Shown: positions 27,094 to 39,607 of the stretch, in pieces
How positions within the stretch are numbered: the stretch's first letter is position 1
How the letters are laid out: every line of letters starts with the position of its first letter
NCBI GenBank assembly: GCA_030390025.1
Contig: CM059432.1
Coordinates: 18,788,001-18,852,000, forward strand
DNA: 64,000 bases
Source of the DNA: Squalus acanthias
Taxonomy: Eukaryota
Direction of reading: 5' to 3'
Made by a program: the position numbers and the translations under genes
Notes under the pieces: model-generated
Databases searched by the model: none
Seen by the model: only the letters and a program-made list of their open reading frames with translations
What the model was told of the DNA's origin: nothing

Positions 27094-27238
27094 AGAATGA
27101 CTAATGACGAAAGGTCATCGACCTGAAACGTTAACTCTCTTTCTCTCTCCACGGATGCTGCCTGGCCTGTTGAGTTTTTCCAGCGTTTTCTGTTGTTATT
27201 TCAGATTTCCAGCATCCGCAGTATTTTGCTATCGTCTT
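27094..27238 (+). mobile_element. Penelope-like solo pseudo-LTR fragment (family B), 5' truncated within the hammerhead core
   Basis: 13-bp TSD CCTAAGATATACT (27081-27093, 27239-27251); near-identical to the arms of 57274-57555. Confidence 0.85.
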
Positions 27239-27732
27239 CCTAAGATATACTTGTCTGGATTCCAACCCTAGTTCCTTGGAGAGCAGTAGAGAGCCCTCTC
27301 CATTCTACCACCCAAGATGTCAATGGCTGAATTTGCAGCTTTGATGCCAGAAGATGCGCCTGTCCTTACTCCCTCTCTAGGAGCGGCTTATGCTGAAACT
27401 CATTCTGAAGTTGCCACATTGAACACAGATTCATCAAAGAAGTGGATGCGGGTAGTGGACTCCTCCTGCTTAGCCACCGTCTGTAGTCCATCCTGGAACA
27501 CCACCTCCACTATCTCTATCAAATGGTATGTTGGCCTTTATTACAAGAGGATTTGAGTCTAAAAGTAAAGACGTCTTACTGTAATTATATAGGACCCTGG
27601 TGAGACCACACCTGGAGTATTGTGTACAGTTTTGGTCTCCTTACCTAAGGAAGGATATACTTGCCATAGAGGGAGTGCAACGAAAGTTCACCAGACTGGT
27701 TCCTGAGATGGGGGGAGATTGTCCTATGAGGA

Positions 27733-27818
27733 CACTTCACCTGACGAAAGAGCAGCGCTCCGAAAGCTTGTGATTTCAAATAAACCTGTTGGACTATAAC
27801 CTGGTGTTGTGCGACTTC
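27733..27818 (+). mobile_element. 86-bp Penelope-like pLTR insertion (family A)
   Basis: 11-bp TSD TCCTATGAGGA (27722-27732, 27819-27829); homologous to 62070-62158. Confidence 0.88.
27737..27773 (+). ncRNA. Minimal type-I hammerhead ribozyme motif
   Basis: TCAC-CTGACGA-(GAGC agc GCTC)-GAAA-GCTT-GTGA; stem I TCAC/GTGA; palindromic AAGCTT at stem III. Confidence 0.75.
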
Positions 27819-28318
27819 TCCTATGAGGAGAGATTGAGTAGATTAGGCCTATCTTGTCTAGAGTTTAGAAGAATGAGAGGTGATCTCATTGAAACATACA
27901 AAATTCTTACAGGGTATATGCAGGGAGGATGTTTCCCCTGGCTGGGGAGTCTAGAACCAGGGGGTCATAGTCTCAGAATAAGTGGTCGGCTATTTAGGAC
28001 TGAGATGAGGAGAAATTTCTTCACTCAGAGGGTGGTGAATCTTTGGAATTCTCTACCCCAGAGGGCTGTGGAGGCTCAGTCGTTGAGTATATTCAAGACA
28101 GAGATTGACAGATTTTTGAATATTAAGGGAATCAAGGGATATGGGAATAGTGCAGGAAAGTGGAGATGAGGTGGATCAGCCATGATCTTATTGAATGACG
28201 GAGCCAAATGGCCTACTCCTGCTCCTATTTCTTATGTTCTAATTATGTTCTAGTTCGATGCTTTTTTGGGCATCTGTGTTTTACAGAGCTGTATGATAGT
28301 GTAATGATTATTTTACTA

Positions 28319-28760
28319 GGGGTACGTTAGCATAGTGATTATGTTACTGGACTATTAATCCAGGGGCCTGGACTAATGATCCGGAGATATGAGTTCCAAT
28401 CCCACCACAGCAGCTGTGGAATTTAAATTCAGTTAATTAAATAAATCTGGAATAAAAAACTAGCTGTTACCATGGTAATGGTAACGGTAACCATGAAACT
28501 ACCGGATTGTCATAAAAACCCATTTGGTTCACTAATGTCCTTTAGGGAAGGAAAACTGCTATCCTTACCTGGTCTGGCCTTTATATGACTCCAGACAAAC
28601 TCTTAACTGCCCTCTGAAATGGTCCAGCAAGCCACTCAGTTGTACCAAACTGCTACAAAGAAGAATATCAGGCTCACCACCACCTTCTCAAGGGCAATTA
28701 GGGATATGCAATAAATGTTGGCCTCCCAGCGATGCCCACATGCCAGGAAAAAAAGGGAAA
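28319..28760 (+). mobile_element. tRNA-derived SINE with a tail shared with the LINE at 9785
   Basis: Head TAGCATAGTG...GAGTTCCAATCCC; tail GCTCACCACCACCTTCTCAAGGGCAATTAGGGAT...GATGCCCACA; other partial copies near 15310, 17030 and 32073. Confidence 0.75.
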
Positions 28761-28810
28761 AAAAAACTAGATGAGTAATCCAGAGGCCTAGACAAATAAT
28801 CCAGAGAACA

Positions 28811-29020
28811 TGGCCGGAATTTTGGCTGCTGGTGTCTGTGGCGGGTCGCGGCCCCGCTGCTGGCTCCATCCCACTGTAGAAAATGAACTTACCTTAATGG
28901 GGCCTATTAAGGCCACCCAGCGTGTTACCCGGCCCAACTAGATGGAGCGGGTCTGGTGACGTCATTCATGACGCGTTTTCAGCCGGGATCCTTAAAGGGA
29001 CGCTGGTCACATTACATTTG
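28811..29020. mobile_element. Terminal fragment related to the 17873-19628 Harbinger family
   Basis: Similar to the reverse complement of 19400-19628 (CGCTGCTGGCTCCA, CCTTAAAGGGAC). Confidence 0.6.
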
Positions 29021-29828
29021 AAGTTTAATCTAACAAAGTGGGTGTTGAATCTTTACTCTACAATAATATATTAAAAGTTATATATGAGTGACAAAGAAAT
29101 ATTTAAATAATATTATCATTAAGTACTATGACCCCATCTACAAATACGATCAAGAACACAATGAAAAAAGTACATTAATTGGGAAGTTATTGCCGCTTTA
29201 GTCGCAAATCTATAGACTTTTGTATCAGTAACTGGTACAAATAAGAGATGTGTGTGTATAGGTAATACATAAAATGAAGCAGATTTTAAATGTAATTGTG
29301 GATTTACAATCTTATGCAAGTTCAGTGGAAGAACTGCAGAAACCCTAACAAACAGTGTAAGGGGTGCTTATGTGTTTCTGGGATTTCTGCAGCTCTTCCG
29401 TTGAAGTCAACAATGGACAAGTGAGAGAACCTCTGCAGAAATTCACCCTAAAGTCTCAGACTAAAAAATTAAATTAGTCAAATTCAGGGACTGAAATCAA
29501 ATTGAACCAGTGGAATGAGTGATGAGAACTAAATTGCTACGGTTGATAACCTGATTTAATGTGTAATTGGACAATCACAGTATACTGTGAGAAAAACCTG
29601 ACCAGAAGCAACACAAAAATTTATTTAAATGGTATATGTCATTTTTTATAGTGCAGATCAATTCACTGCAATTACTGTTGAGTTGGAAGGCAACAGCCGA
29701 GAATGGCCAGTGAAAAATGTATTTCCCTCACCATCCAGGGTAGGAGCGCAGCCTTCCGCATTCACATCCCTTCAGGAATTTCTGAATTAACATTTACCAG
29801 TAGCTTTCCAAGTACAGCAGAATCTCCA

Positions 29829-30940
29829 TGCAGGTAAGCATACAGGTACAGCAGGCGGTTAAGAAGGCAAATGGTATGTTGGCCTTCATAGCGAGAGGAT
29901 TCAAGTACAGGAGCAAGGATGTCTTGCTGTAGTTGTACAGGGCCTTGGTGAGATCACACCTTGAGTAGTGTGTGCAGTTTTGGTCGCCTTATCTGAGGAA
30001 GGATGTTCTTGCCATGGAGGGTGTGCAGCAAAGATTTACCAGACTGATACCTGGGATGGCAGGAATGACGTATGAGGAGAGATTGGGTCGATTGGGCTTA
30101 TACTCGCTGGAGTTTACAAGAATGAGAGGAGTGGGCAACACGGTGGCATAGTGGTTAGCACTGGTGCCTCACAGCGCCAGGGACCCGGGTTCGAATCTGA
30201 CCTCGGGTGACTGTCTGTGTGGAGTTTGCACATTCTCCCCGTGTCTGCGTGGGTTTCCTCCGGGTGCTCCGGTTTCCTCCCACAGTCCAAAAATGTGCGG
30301 GTTAGGTTGATTTGGCTATGATAAATTGACCCTTTGTGTTAGGGGGGGATTAAATATGTGGGGTGATGGGGATAGGATGGGATATGTTAGGGGGAATTAA
30401 ATACGTGGGGTTACGGGGGTAGGGTGGGATATGTGTACTGTGGGGATTAAAGCAGGGACAGGGTACTGGATTTGGATGATCAGCCATGATCGTATTGAAT
30501 GGTGGAGCAGGCTCGACGGGCCGAATGGCCTACTCCTGCTGCTAGATTCTATGTTTCTATCTCATTGAAACTTATAAAATTCTAACAGGGCTAGACAGAC
30601 TGGATGCAGGAAGGATGTTCCCGATGGCGGGTGAGTCCAGAACAAGAGGTCACAGTCTAAAGATAAGGGGTAAGCCATTTAGGACAGAGATGAGGAGGAA
30701 TTTCTTCACCCAGAGAGTGGTGAACCTGTGGAATTCTCTACCACAGAAGGCAGTTGAGGCCAAGTCAGTAAATATATTCAAGAAGGAGTTAGATATATTT
30801 CTTAAGGCTAAAGGTATCAAGGGATATGGGGAGAAGGCAGGGACAGAGTACTGAGTTTGGATGATCAGCCATGATCTCATCGAATGGCTCGAGGGGCCTA
30901 ATGGCCTACTCCTGCTCCTATCTTCTATGTTTCTATGTTT
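29829..30940 (+). mobile_element. CR1 LINE 3' fragment interrupted by an HE1 SINE
   Basis: CR1 coding sequence resumes at ATCTCATTGAAAC after the insert; ORF 30615..30854; (TTCTATGT)n tail. Confidence 0.92.
30133..30558 (+). mobile_element. HE1-type V-SINE
   Basis: tRNA head GGTGGCATAGTGGTTAGCAC...GGTTCGAATC; V-domain TGTGTGGAGTTTGCACATTCTCCCCGTGTCTGCGTGGGTTTCCTCCGGGTGCTCCGGTTTCCTCCCAC; CR1-derived tail. Confidence 0.93.
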
Positions 30941-32065
30941 CCATCAATCTGTTAGCTGATGCAATCAACGGCGCAGATATTCTGATCGCAGGCATCCTGC
31001 GGGCGGAGGACTGCGATCTGGAAAAATCTGCGCCCTTACCTAAGGGCTCCCGGGACGCGCACAATTCCGCTGCTGGGCCTCTCCAAACTGCCAGTGCGCA
31101 GGGCCCACGTATCCCAGAGGTGCAGGTAGTTCGCAGCGTCCCTGGGATCACGTGGGCCATGGGGAGTCAATCACAGAAGGGAATCTCCCTTCATACACTT
31201 GACAGGAAGACCTGTTAAATATATGAATAGAGATCACCCCCAAAACATAGTAAAACTTTTAATAAATTAAATTAAAAAATCACATTTTTAAAATGACTTG
31301 AAATTAGAATAAATTAACTATTTTAAACAAAAATTTAAAATTTTGAAAAAATAATTAAAGTTTTTTACGGGGCTAAAAATAAACGTACCTTTTTTAAAGT
31401 ATTTTGAAATGATAAATCAGTGACATTTTTTTTAAAAACTTTTTTCAACTCTTATCCTGGTAAAAGCAGGCCTTACGCCTGCTTTTACCAGGCGCAAAAA
31501 TTGTAAGGGTTTTCTGCGGGTGGAGGGTCTCCAAAAAGCGGAACTATCCGCCCGCAGAGGCCCTTCTCCAAGACAGCCGGAGGATCTGTCAAGTGCTTTC
31601 TTGACAGATCGGAAATGCCGGTTTCCAGTGCATGCCTGAAACCGGCATTTCCGATGTCCCTACGGGTGGGTACCCACCCGTAGGGATCGGAATATCCGGC
31701 CCAACATGTTTTCATTTTGGTTTGTTTTTCGTGCTGTCAAGTAATCAGCTGGAGCAATGGCAATGGAACTCCTGCCTCAGGTTGACAGGCATGGTTCCCG
31801 AGCTGCGTGAATCCCGTGGCCATGCAGGGAAATTTAAAAAGTAAGTGAAAAAAGGCTCTTAAGTATCTGTAAACTACTTGATAATTATTTCAATTGGGTC
31901 CCCCGCCACTGCCGGTTGGGTCGGCTCTGCGATGGCAGACGCGCCTGGGGGAAAGGCGCGTGGGGGCGGGATGACAGCGGGTTCCTGACCAGCTGTCAAA
32001 AATAACAATTTTCCCACCCAACCCGCCACCGATCTCGCCCGCTACCACCCCGGAAAATTAAGCCC
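30941..32065. mobile_element. Two adjacent TIR-element fragments, ending about 31702 and 32065
   Basis: Termini GGAATATCCGGCCC and GGAAAATTAAGCCCC; 31890-32065 resembles the reverse complement of 17873-18050. Confidence 0.6.
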
Positions 32066-32349
32066 CAATGTATTCAAATCCCACCATGGCAGTTTGAGAA
32101 TTTCAATTCAAATAAAAATCTTGAAATAAATGGCTGAACTGGTTCACTGATGTCCTTTAAGGGAAGGGAGCTCGCTGTCCTTACCCAGTCTGGCCTATAT
32201 ATAACTCCTGTCCCATACCGATATAATTGACTCTGAAGTGGCCTCAGTTGTATCAAACTGCTCCCTATCTAACAGCATTGTGGGAGTACCTCCGAACTGG
32301 CGCTACCCGTGATGCCCACATCCAAGGAATACATTTTTTTTAAATGCCG

Positions 32350-33690
32350 AACCCCGGAGATCTCAGCCCTGAGGCTGCTCAGCCAAAGGAAGATGAGTTT
32401 TGATCCCCGATCAGCAACAACTGCTTCCTTATCTTCCATCCCCAGCTCCTCCTCGCCACTCCTGCTCTCTTTGTCATCATACGCAGTCCCCTCAGTCTCA
32501 CTAATTAAGCCCCTTCCTTCTTCCAGATGGACCTCTCTGGGTTCATGCGTATAGTAGTGAGGTGAGATGCAATAACGGGATTGGTAAACAGGGCTGGGCA
32601 TTGCTAAAGCTGAAGGTTTCTCTTGCTGGTCTTCCACTGCTTATTGCTGTGGCACACATAGGAAGGCACAAAAAGATGAGAAGAAAGCGGGGTACGAAAG
32701 GCAACGCTATGACTACAATAGTTTCAATATAAGGTATGACTTTAAGCTTTCCTTCTTCTTCTTCTTAGGCAGTCCCTCGAACCGAGGATGACTTGCTTCC
32801 ACATTAAAAATGAGTTTTCAGGTGACTGATGAATCCAATGCGGGACCTACAGTCTCTGTCACAGGTGGGGCAGACGGTGGTTGAAGGGGCGGGTGGGTGG
32901 GGTGCTTGGGTTGACGTGCGCTCCTTGCGCTGCTTGTGCTTGGCTTCCGCTTGTTCCCAGCGAAGAGACTCGAGGTGTTCGGCGCCTTCCCGGATGCTCT
33001 CCTCCACTTTGTGCGGTCTTGGGCCACGGATTCCCAGGTGTCGGTGGGGATGTTGCACTTTTTCAAGGAGGCTTTGAGGGTGTCCTTGAAGCGTTTCCTC
33101 TGCCCACCTGGGGCTCTCTTGCCGTGTCAGAGCTCCGAGTAGAGTGCTTGTTTTAGGAGTCTTGTATCGGGCATGCGGGCGATGTGTCCTGTCCATCGGA
33201 GCTGATCGAGCGTGGTCAAAGCTTCGATGCTGGGGATGTTGGCCTGAGCGAGAACACTGACGTTGGTGTGCCTATCCTGCCAATGGATTTGCAGGATCTT
33301 GTGGACACAGCATTGGTGGTACCTCTCCTGTGCTTTGAGGTGCCTGCTGTACATGGTCCATGTCTCTGAGGCATACAGCAGGGCGGGTATCACTACTGCT
33401 CTTGGTGCCGGGTTTGAGGTCCTGGTCTTCAAACACTCTCTTCCTCAGGCTTTCCTACAGATGATAGATACACATGCTGCAAGAGCTGATGAGATGTGAG
33501 AAGATAAATGTACGGACCAACCTGCACACTGGGATTGACCCTCGTACTTCCCTGACTCCCACTACTTCTCCTATATGCCTGCCCAGAAGTTCCAACGGTT
33601 CTTCCTGATATGGGAACAGAGGCTGGAGGGTCCCACCCTCTGTGGTTGTTGTCTGGCATTGGATATGGGCCACTTTATCCTTTAACAAAT
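32350..33690 (-). pseudogene. Remnant exons of a Harbinger Myb-like gene, split by an RTE insertion
   Basis: DKVAHIQCQTTTTEGG..QPLFPYQEEPLELLG aligns with exon 2 at 11971 (AKVAHNRREQESTGGG..QPLSALENGVLQIIG); acidic ORF 32269..32637. Confidence 0.55.
32754..33448 (-). mobile_element. 5'-truncated RTE-clade LINE
   Basis: LLYASETWT, LRWTGHIARMPDTRLLKQALYSEL, C-terminal C2H2-like CPTCDRDC..HL.TH; (GAA)n tail; 8-bp TSD GCTTTCCT. Confidence 0.92.
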
Positions 33691-36226
33691 AAAGGTGTGA
33701 AGGCTCTGTACTGTGCATCATATGGAATGGCACTCAGGGTGTTTGTAATTGTTCTTTACTAGGGGTGATACCACGTATAGGGAGCATACTACTACATAGG
33801 CATTTCCTGTTAGGCTATGAGTGAAACATCAGCGGAATCTTAGGCACATTTGTTATAAGGTGTATTTGGTACTAAACAGAGTGAAGACAAAGTGAATGGA
33901 AATGTGAATAATGCTTCTTGCAATGAATTGTTATTGTCTCCTGTTTTCTTGTTTTCCTGACAATATCAATGAATTTGTTCCTGCACCAGATTGCCGGAGG
34001 GGAGTAAAATCTCGGTTGGGTGTTGAGATGTCAGTAGGCCTCACTGCCCCATTTTACCATTGCAATCCCTCCAAAAAATGAATATAACAGGGTGGCTAAA
34101 TGATTACTTACTGGGGCTGCTTCTGCACCCTCACAACCACCCCCCACCCCATCCCCCCACCCCTGCATTACTTCCATACAGTGAGGTGCAAAGGTTGGGA
34201 AATTGAGGGCCCAAAGCCCGCGATTTTCTATTCATTAGTTTTAATGATTTGTAGGCCCACACTTCCCCGACCCGTGATCTCTGTGGGGGCTGCCTCCCGC
34301 TAGGAGCCCCTAGTCATGGAACCACATTATTATGTGAAGATTGTTGTCTTGAAAAAGCGAGGTGAAGGGCCAAAGCTCAAAGTACAGGACACGACCAGGC
34401 TGAAAACTCAAAGGCAAAAGATGAGGTTATTGAAAGAAGGAATGATTAGAATATGATTTTGTTCTTCATTTGTTCTTGGAATGTGGGCAATAAAGCTGCA
34501 TGTATAGCCCACCCTAGTTGCCCTGAGAAGGTACTGGTGGACCTTCTCCTTGAACTGCTCCAGTTCTTGTACCGATGGTGCTCCGACAATGATGTTAGGT
34601 AGTGTTTTTAAGTATTTTGTCCCTAGATTGAGTTTTGAAAGGCTGTAAATAGGAAAATTGAAGCGTCATAACAATTTGCACGTGTATATTTTACAACTGC
34701 TGCTGTTCTTGTTCAAACAACACTTCATTATCCTGGACATTTTAGGTGACATCAATAAAGGAATGGAGTGCCTTGGCAATGGAAATAGCAACTCGTGAGT
34801 GTCTGCTATCTAAGGACCACTTGTGTATGTCTGTCCCCTCAACCTAAAGACCACCTGACTGTTATTCCTCATTTCTTTTAATTACAACAAATGGAGAGCA
34901 GTGACTAGATGAATGAGCCTTTTAACTGATTCCAAAAGAAAAATACATTTCACTGTTTTTGGCTCCACTTTCTAACTCACAATGTGCCAGCAATACTGAT
35001 GAATAATACACAGTAAGGAGTCTGTATTATATATGCTGGCATTCAAATTGCCTTGAGTGTCCATCATTTATTCTGGAAGTCAAACTTCTGGGCTGGTTTG
35101 ATCTTTTTTTACATTAGCTTCACAAAAGCTTAAACTGAAACATGGCAGTTACAGAAAAAGTGAGGACGCTGACGGTCAAAGAGATGATTAAAAACAGTTG
35201 AAAGTGTCTGAGATCAAATAAAGGTTAAAAAGGAATTTAAAGTGCATCTGCTTGCAGCATCCACTTTAAGCGTTGACAAAAGAAATGGACGCTTTCTGTT
35301 AGACTAACCTTAGTCTAACACAGCCTTAGAACTTTGCATGCCTTTCAAAACACTAACTATAACTCTTCAGGACATCAGTGTACTTCAGAATCTTTCAACC
35401 TGATTGTCACAACTTGCAGCAGTTTGCGGAATTGGATAACCTTCAGCTTGGTAGGTAGCTAAAACTTTTGGCTTTGATCCCTTAAAAGATTAGTTTGAAA
35501 TAGAGATAATGTACGCCATCAGATATATCTTCTGCTTTTGTTTCAAGGAATATTAACCCTATTTTCCCAAGTTTGTTCACACTGTGGCCTAGAAAATCTT
35601 CAGGCCGTTCTGCCTCACTCCAACTATTAATCTGACAGAACCCACTGCAAAAATGGATGGGACCCGGTTTTACTGGATCTCCACCTTTGTTGGAATTTTC
35701 CAGGCAGCAACCCTTTTTCAGGGCAAATGATGCCAAAGGGGCAGCCCCGGTGGCAGGAACTCACTACTCTGGGAATTCCTGCTCCTACTAATTAAGCAGG
35801 ACTCACGATTGGACTGGAGGCAGATACGTTGAGTACGATCAGGGGTACCAGCCTGCTAGCGGGTGGAAGTGGTGGGGCTCCAAGCAAGGACAGTGCTTGT
35901 TTAAATTATTATTGGATTGGTCCTTTCCTTACGAACATAAGAACATAAGAATTAGGAGCAAGAGTGGGCCATTTGGCCCCTCGAGCCTGCTCCACCATTC
36001 AATAAGATCATGGCTGATCTTCGATCTCAACTTCACCTTCCTGCTCGATCCCCTTATCCCGATTCTTTGCACAGTGGGCCAAAGCGGACATGGCTGGGGT
36101 CTCGAGGGAGTCCTAGGCAACCTCTCCCTCTATGCTGAGGCAGGTGCTAGATTTTCTGACTGGGGCAGGTAGGCACAGGAGATGCACCCACATCGGTGCT
36201 GGTGCCTATTGACCCCATGCAGATAA

Positions 36227-36917
36227 GGGGGCAAAAATTGGCTCGCGCCCCCTTTGGGGCAATAACTTCACAGGGACGCTACTTTTAGCACCCCGAAAAA
36301 GTTAGCGCTCCCGCGCCCGAAATTGAATGGTGGCGACCCAAGCAGGAGACGGGGTGTTACTGGAAGCGCTCCCCCTTCCTCTTGGGGCGCTCCCATTCAA
36401 TATCGCGGCACTACGTGCAGCAGCGCCACGCGTGTCAGCACATAGCGCCGCGGTACTGCAGGCCTCCTTCACTGATTAAACGGGAGGGGCCTAGCGCAGT
36501 GCGCAACGGGGCCCTGCTGGACCACCGGGAAGAGGGATGCCGGCAAAAGAGCCCGGCACTCAAGAGAAGTCGAGAGGGGGCAGGTGCTGGCAGGCAGCCC
36601 AAAAGAAAATGGCCGCCTGGCACCTGCCCTTTAATTTATGCCACCCCGGCCATAAAAACCGCACCCCTGACCCTGCCGGACATAGCGTCTGGCGGTAGAT
36701 CAGGGAACACGAGCCAAGTTTGTGGCCGGGGTGAGTGTGGGGTGCTGCGCACAGTGATGACATCATTGCCGGAGGCACAGCGCTGTGGGGCGCTACCTCC
36801 AGCTGAATTTCACGGGAGGCGTTAGCGGCGCCGCGTCCAGGCGCTAGAAGCTTTGTGCCCTGTTAACGCCCCCCTCGGGGCGCTAACAGGAGGCGCAAAG
36901 CAATCGAATTTTTCCCC
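36227..36917. mobile_element. GC-rich Harbinger MITE
   Basis: TAA TSD; TIRs GGGGGCAAAAATT / AATTTTTCCCC; subterminal GCGCTAAC(A/G)GGAGGCGC shared with 15200-15240. Confidence 0.85.
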
Positions 36918-37677
36918 TAAGATGCCCTCCCACTGATCCTACAAATTCCAGCAGGGTCAACACTGGAAAGCACTGGTGAGCTTGATCCTAGCATAACCGT
37001 TCGAATCACAGTCCGCTGATTTTCAGAGCCAACAGTCTTCCATGTAAAATCCCCTGTGTTTTCCACTAAGAACAATCTTTCCCCACTTTGATATTAATGT
37101 TAAACCTAGAAATCCAGTCATTCCTGACTCTCACCTAATAATGCCTTCTTCAGACTTCTCAACCTTATAGCACACAACTCCAGCTTTACTGATAATGCTA
37201 AGGTTGGCAGGCATGGTGTGTACCTGCACACAGATGAGCTAACCTCACCAGATTTTGCAAGGTCAACTCATTTGCACAATTTTATGGCTCTGTGGGCACA
37301 TCGCCCATGACGCGTTGAGAGTACCAGGGCTGGAATGTCATGTGCCAGCGTCCAGTGAAGGGCTGCTGGCTACCCATTGTGCGACGTGCGACTTCTGACA
37401 TCAGAGTAAATTCACCCAGTGCGCAACAGACAGCCAGCCTGTTTTGTTTAATGCCAGCCTACTCTTGTGAACAGTTGCCAAGCCCTCTTTGTGCTTTCCA
37501 CTTACAACGGGGCTTGCTGGGGACCTTGGGCAAGTTGTCATCTCATGCCTCCATATCCGATAATAAGATGTGGGGGGTGAGGGGGTCACTGTATTACTTA
37601 ACACTGTATTATCTGCCCCTGTCTCAGTCACACCGTCAGTTATTCCATTTCATGGATAAGGCTCTGCCAGAGTTTAT

Positions 37678-38321
37678 GGGGGCAAGATTGTGTTGGTTTG
37701 CACCTCTCGTTAAAGCCCCCGGGAGTCACTAACGGGGCGCAAATCCCCTAGCGCTCGAGTGCGGCGCCGCTGACGCCTCCCGCGGAATTCAGCAGGAGGT
37801 TTGCGGCGGCAGTAGCCGGTAGCGCCCCGCGCCGCTGCGATGACGTCATCACCATGCACAGCGCCCCGCTTGCGTCCCGGCCGCAAACTTCCCTTGCGCC
37901 CCCTGACCTATCGCCGCACGATATGTCTGACAGGATCAGGGGGCATTTTTGCAGCAGCTGCGGCGCTACTTAAAGGGCAGGTGTCGGGCGGCCATTTTTA
38001 TTTTGGCCGACTGCCAGGGCCTGCCCCCTTTCGCTTTTGTATGCACTCCTCTTGAGTGCTGGGCTGTTTTCACGGCACCCCGCTCCCCAGTGGTCCAGCA
38101 GGGCCCCGGTGTGTGCAGCACTAGGCCCCTCCCCTGTAATCAGGGGAGGCAGCCTGCAATGACGTGGCGCTATGTGCCGCCTCGCTTGGCGCGGCTGCAC
38201 GTAGCGCCGTGAAATTCAGTAGTAGCGCCCCAAGCAGGAGGTGCTAACTTTTTCGGGGCACTAAAACTAGTGCCCCGGCAATGTTAGCGCCCCAAAATGG
38301 GCACCATCCAATTTTTCCCCC
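37678..38321. mobile_element. Harbinger MITE of the same family, inverted relative to 36227-36917
   Basis: Reverse-complement similarity; TIRs GGGGGCAAGATTG / CAATTTTTCCCCC. Confidence 0.82.
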
Positions 38322-38837
38322 ATGTGTATGCAATGCTCAAACAGAAAGATGATCTTTGGAGGTCACTGGGAGTCAACAGTGTGCCTGGCATGAAGTTGCC
38401 AACAAGTGTATTGCCTTGTCCCAACCCCCAGATCTTAGAGGAGTTTAACTACTTTGCACTGGCTAATCTTTAGAATGGCCCTTTCTGTGTTATCTGAAAT
38501 TTGTCTCTTGTTTTCGGGCTCTAAATCCACCACTCTATACTCCTAGCTAGGTTTTATGATTAATCACTTCCAGTGTTAATACTTAACAAAGTAGTGCAAA
38601 AATTGCTTAGTTAAAATTAATGGCTGGGGTGAGCTGACCTCCCATGAAGCTCTATGCTGGGAGCGCTAACTCATAAAATCTACCACAATCTTTTTGGCTG
38701 TGGAATTATTTTGTGCTTTGTTGCAGATGAATATTGGACTGATTCACTGATCAGGCTTTCCCAGCGTGAAGTGGCATTCACAGGGAACACTGTTGGAAGA
38801 CTGTGGGCCCACAGACCCTAACTTTCCATCCACTACA

Positions 38838-39607
38838 GGGCTGGATTTTGTTTTGGGGTCGGGTTGGGGTCGTGTCATCCGCATTTCGTGTGTCCCCCCC
38901 CGACTCCAGATTAATGTGGATGAATGATGCAATTTTCACTTAATTGTGCAATTGAGTTCCAGCATGTGGGAACCCATGAACTAATTAGTGGTTTCAGTCT
39001 GAAAGTCGCCTCTGATGATGTCATCATTGCTGCTGCATTGCAGCTCTGACTGGCTGTTGGTGAGATAGGACCTGTTTGACTTTTGCTGTGAGTGGACCTG
39101 GATATATGAGAGAGAGAGAGAGAGAGAGAATTTTTTTGCATCAAGTCCTCTCACAGCAAAGGCCATGCAGTCTCTGAACATTCAATGCAGCAGCAAGACA
39201 TTCAATGCAGCAGCATCAGAGGCGACTGTCACACCGAATGCTACTACTACCTTCATCACATCTCCGTTGTAATAGTGGACCTGCAGCTGATAGTCAGCTA
39301 TCCACTTGTGCTCCTGCCAGGTTTCACTGGAGTGTTTCACATCAGGCGTACTTCACGTCGGAAAAGGGTTAAACTAGCTAAAATGTTTCAAAATGGCATT
39401 ACAGAGCCAATTTAGGGCTTGTTAAGGGCTTTAATGGCCTCTCCCGCCTCTTGGAGGCGGGACGGAGTCGGGAACCCCGCGATTGATTTTGTCAAAATTG
39501 CGTGGAGGCGGGATGGAGTCGGGATGGGGTTGGGACCCACGACCCCGCAAATTTAACCCCCCACACACCTCCAAACCCGACTCCACGGGTCATTCAAAAT
39601 CCAGCCC
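38838..39607. mobile_element. MITE with perfect 13-bp TIRs
   Basis: GGGCTGGATTTTG / CAAAATCCAGCCC; inverted relative at 43095-43705. Confidence 0.82.

Larger units (their letters stand above)
27519..28250 (+). mobile_element. CR1 LINE 3' fragment interrupted by a PLE micro-insertion
   Basis: [15 protein letters not shown]...RRMRGDLIETYKIL plus 3' UTR. Confidence 0.92.

Noticed and set aside
30133..30205. tRNA gene-like sequence (also 2326-2400)
   Set aside because: SINE heads continuous with SINE bodies, not standalone tRNA genes
35370..35450. Candidate host exon with AG/GT boundaries
   Set aside because: No recognisable protein in the open frames and no partner exons; such sites occur by chance
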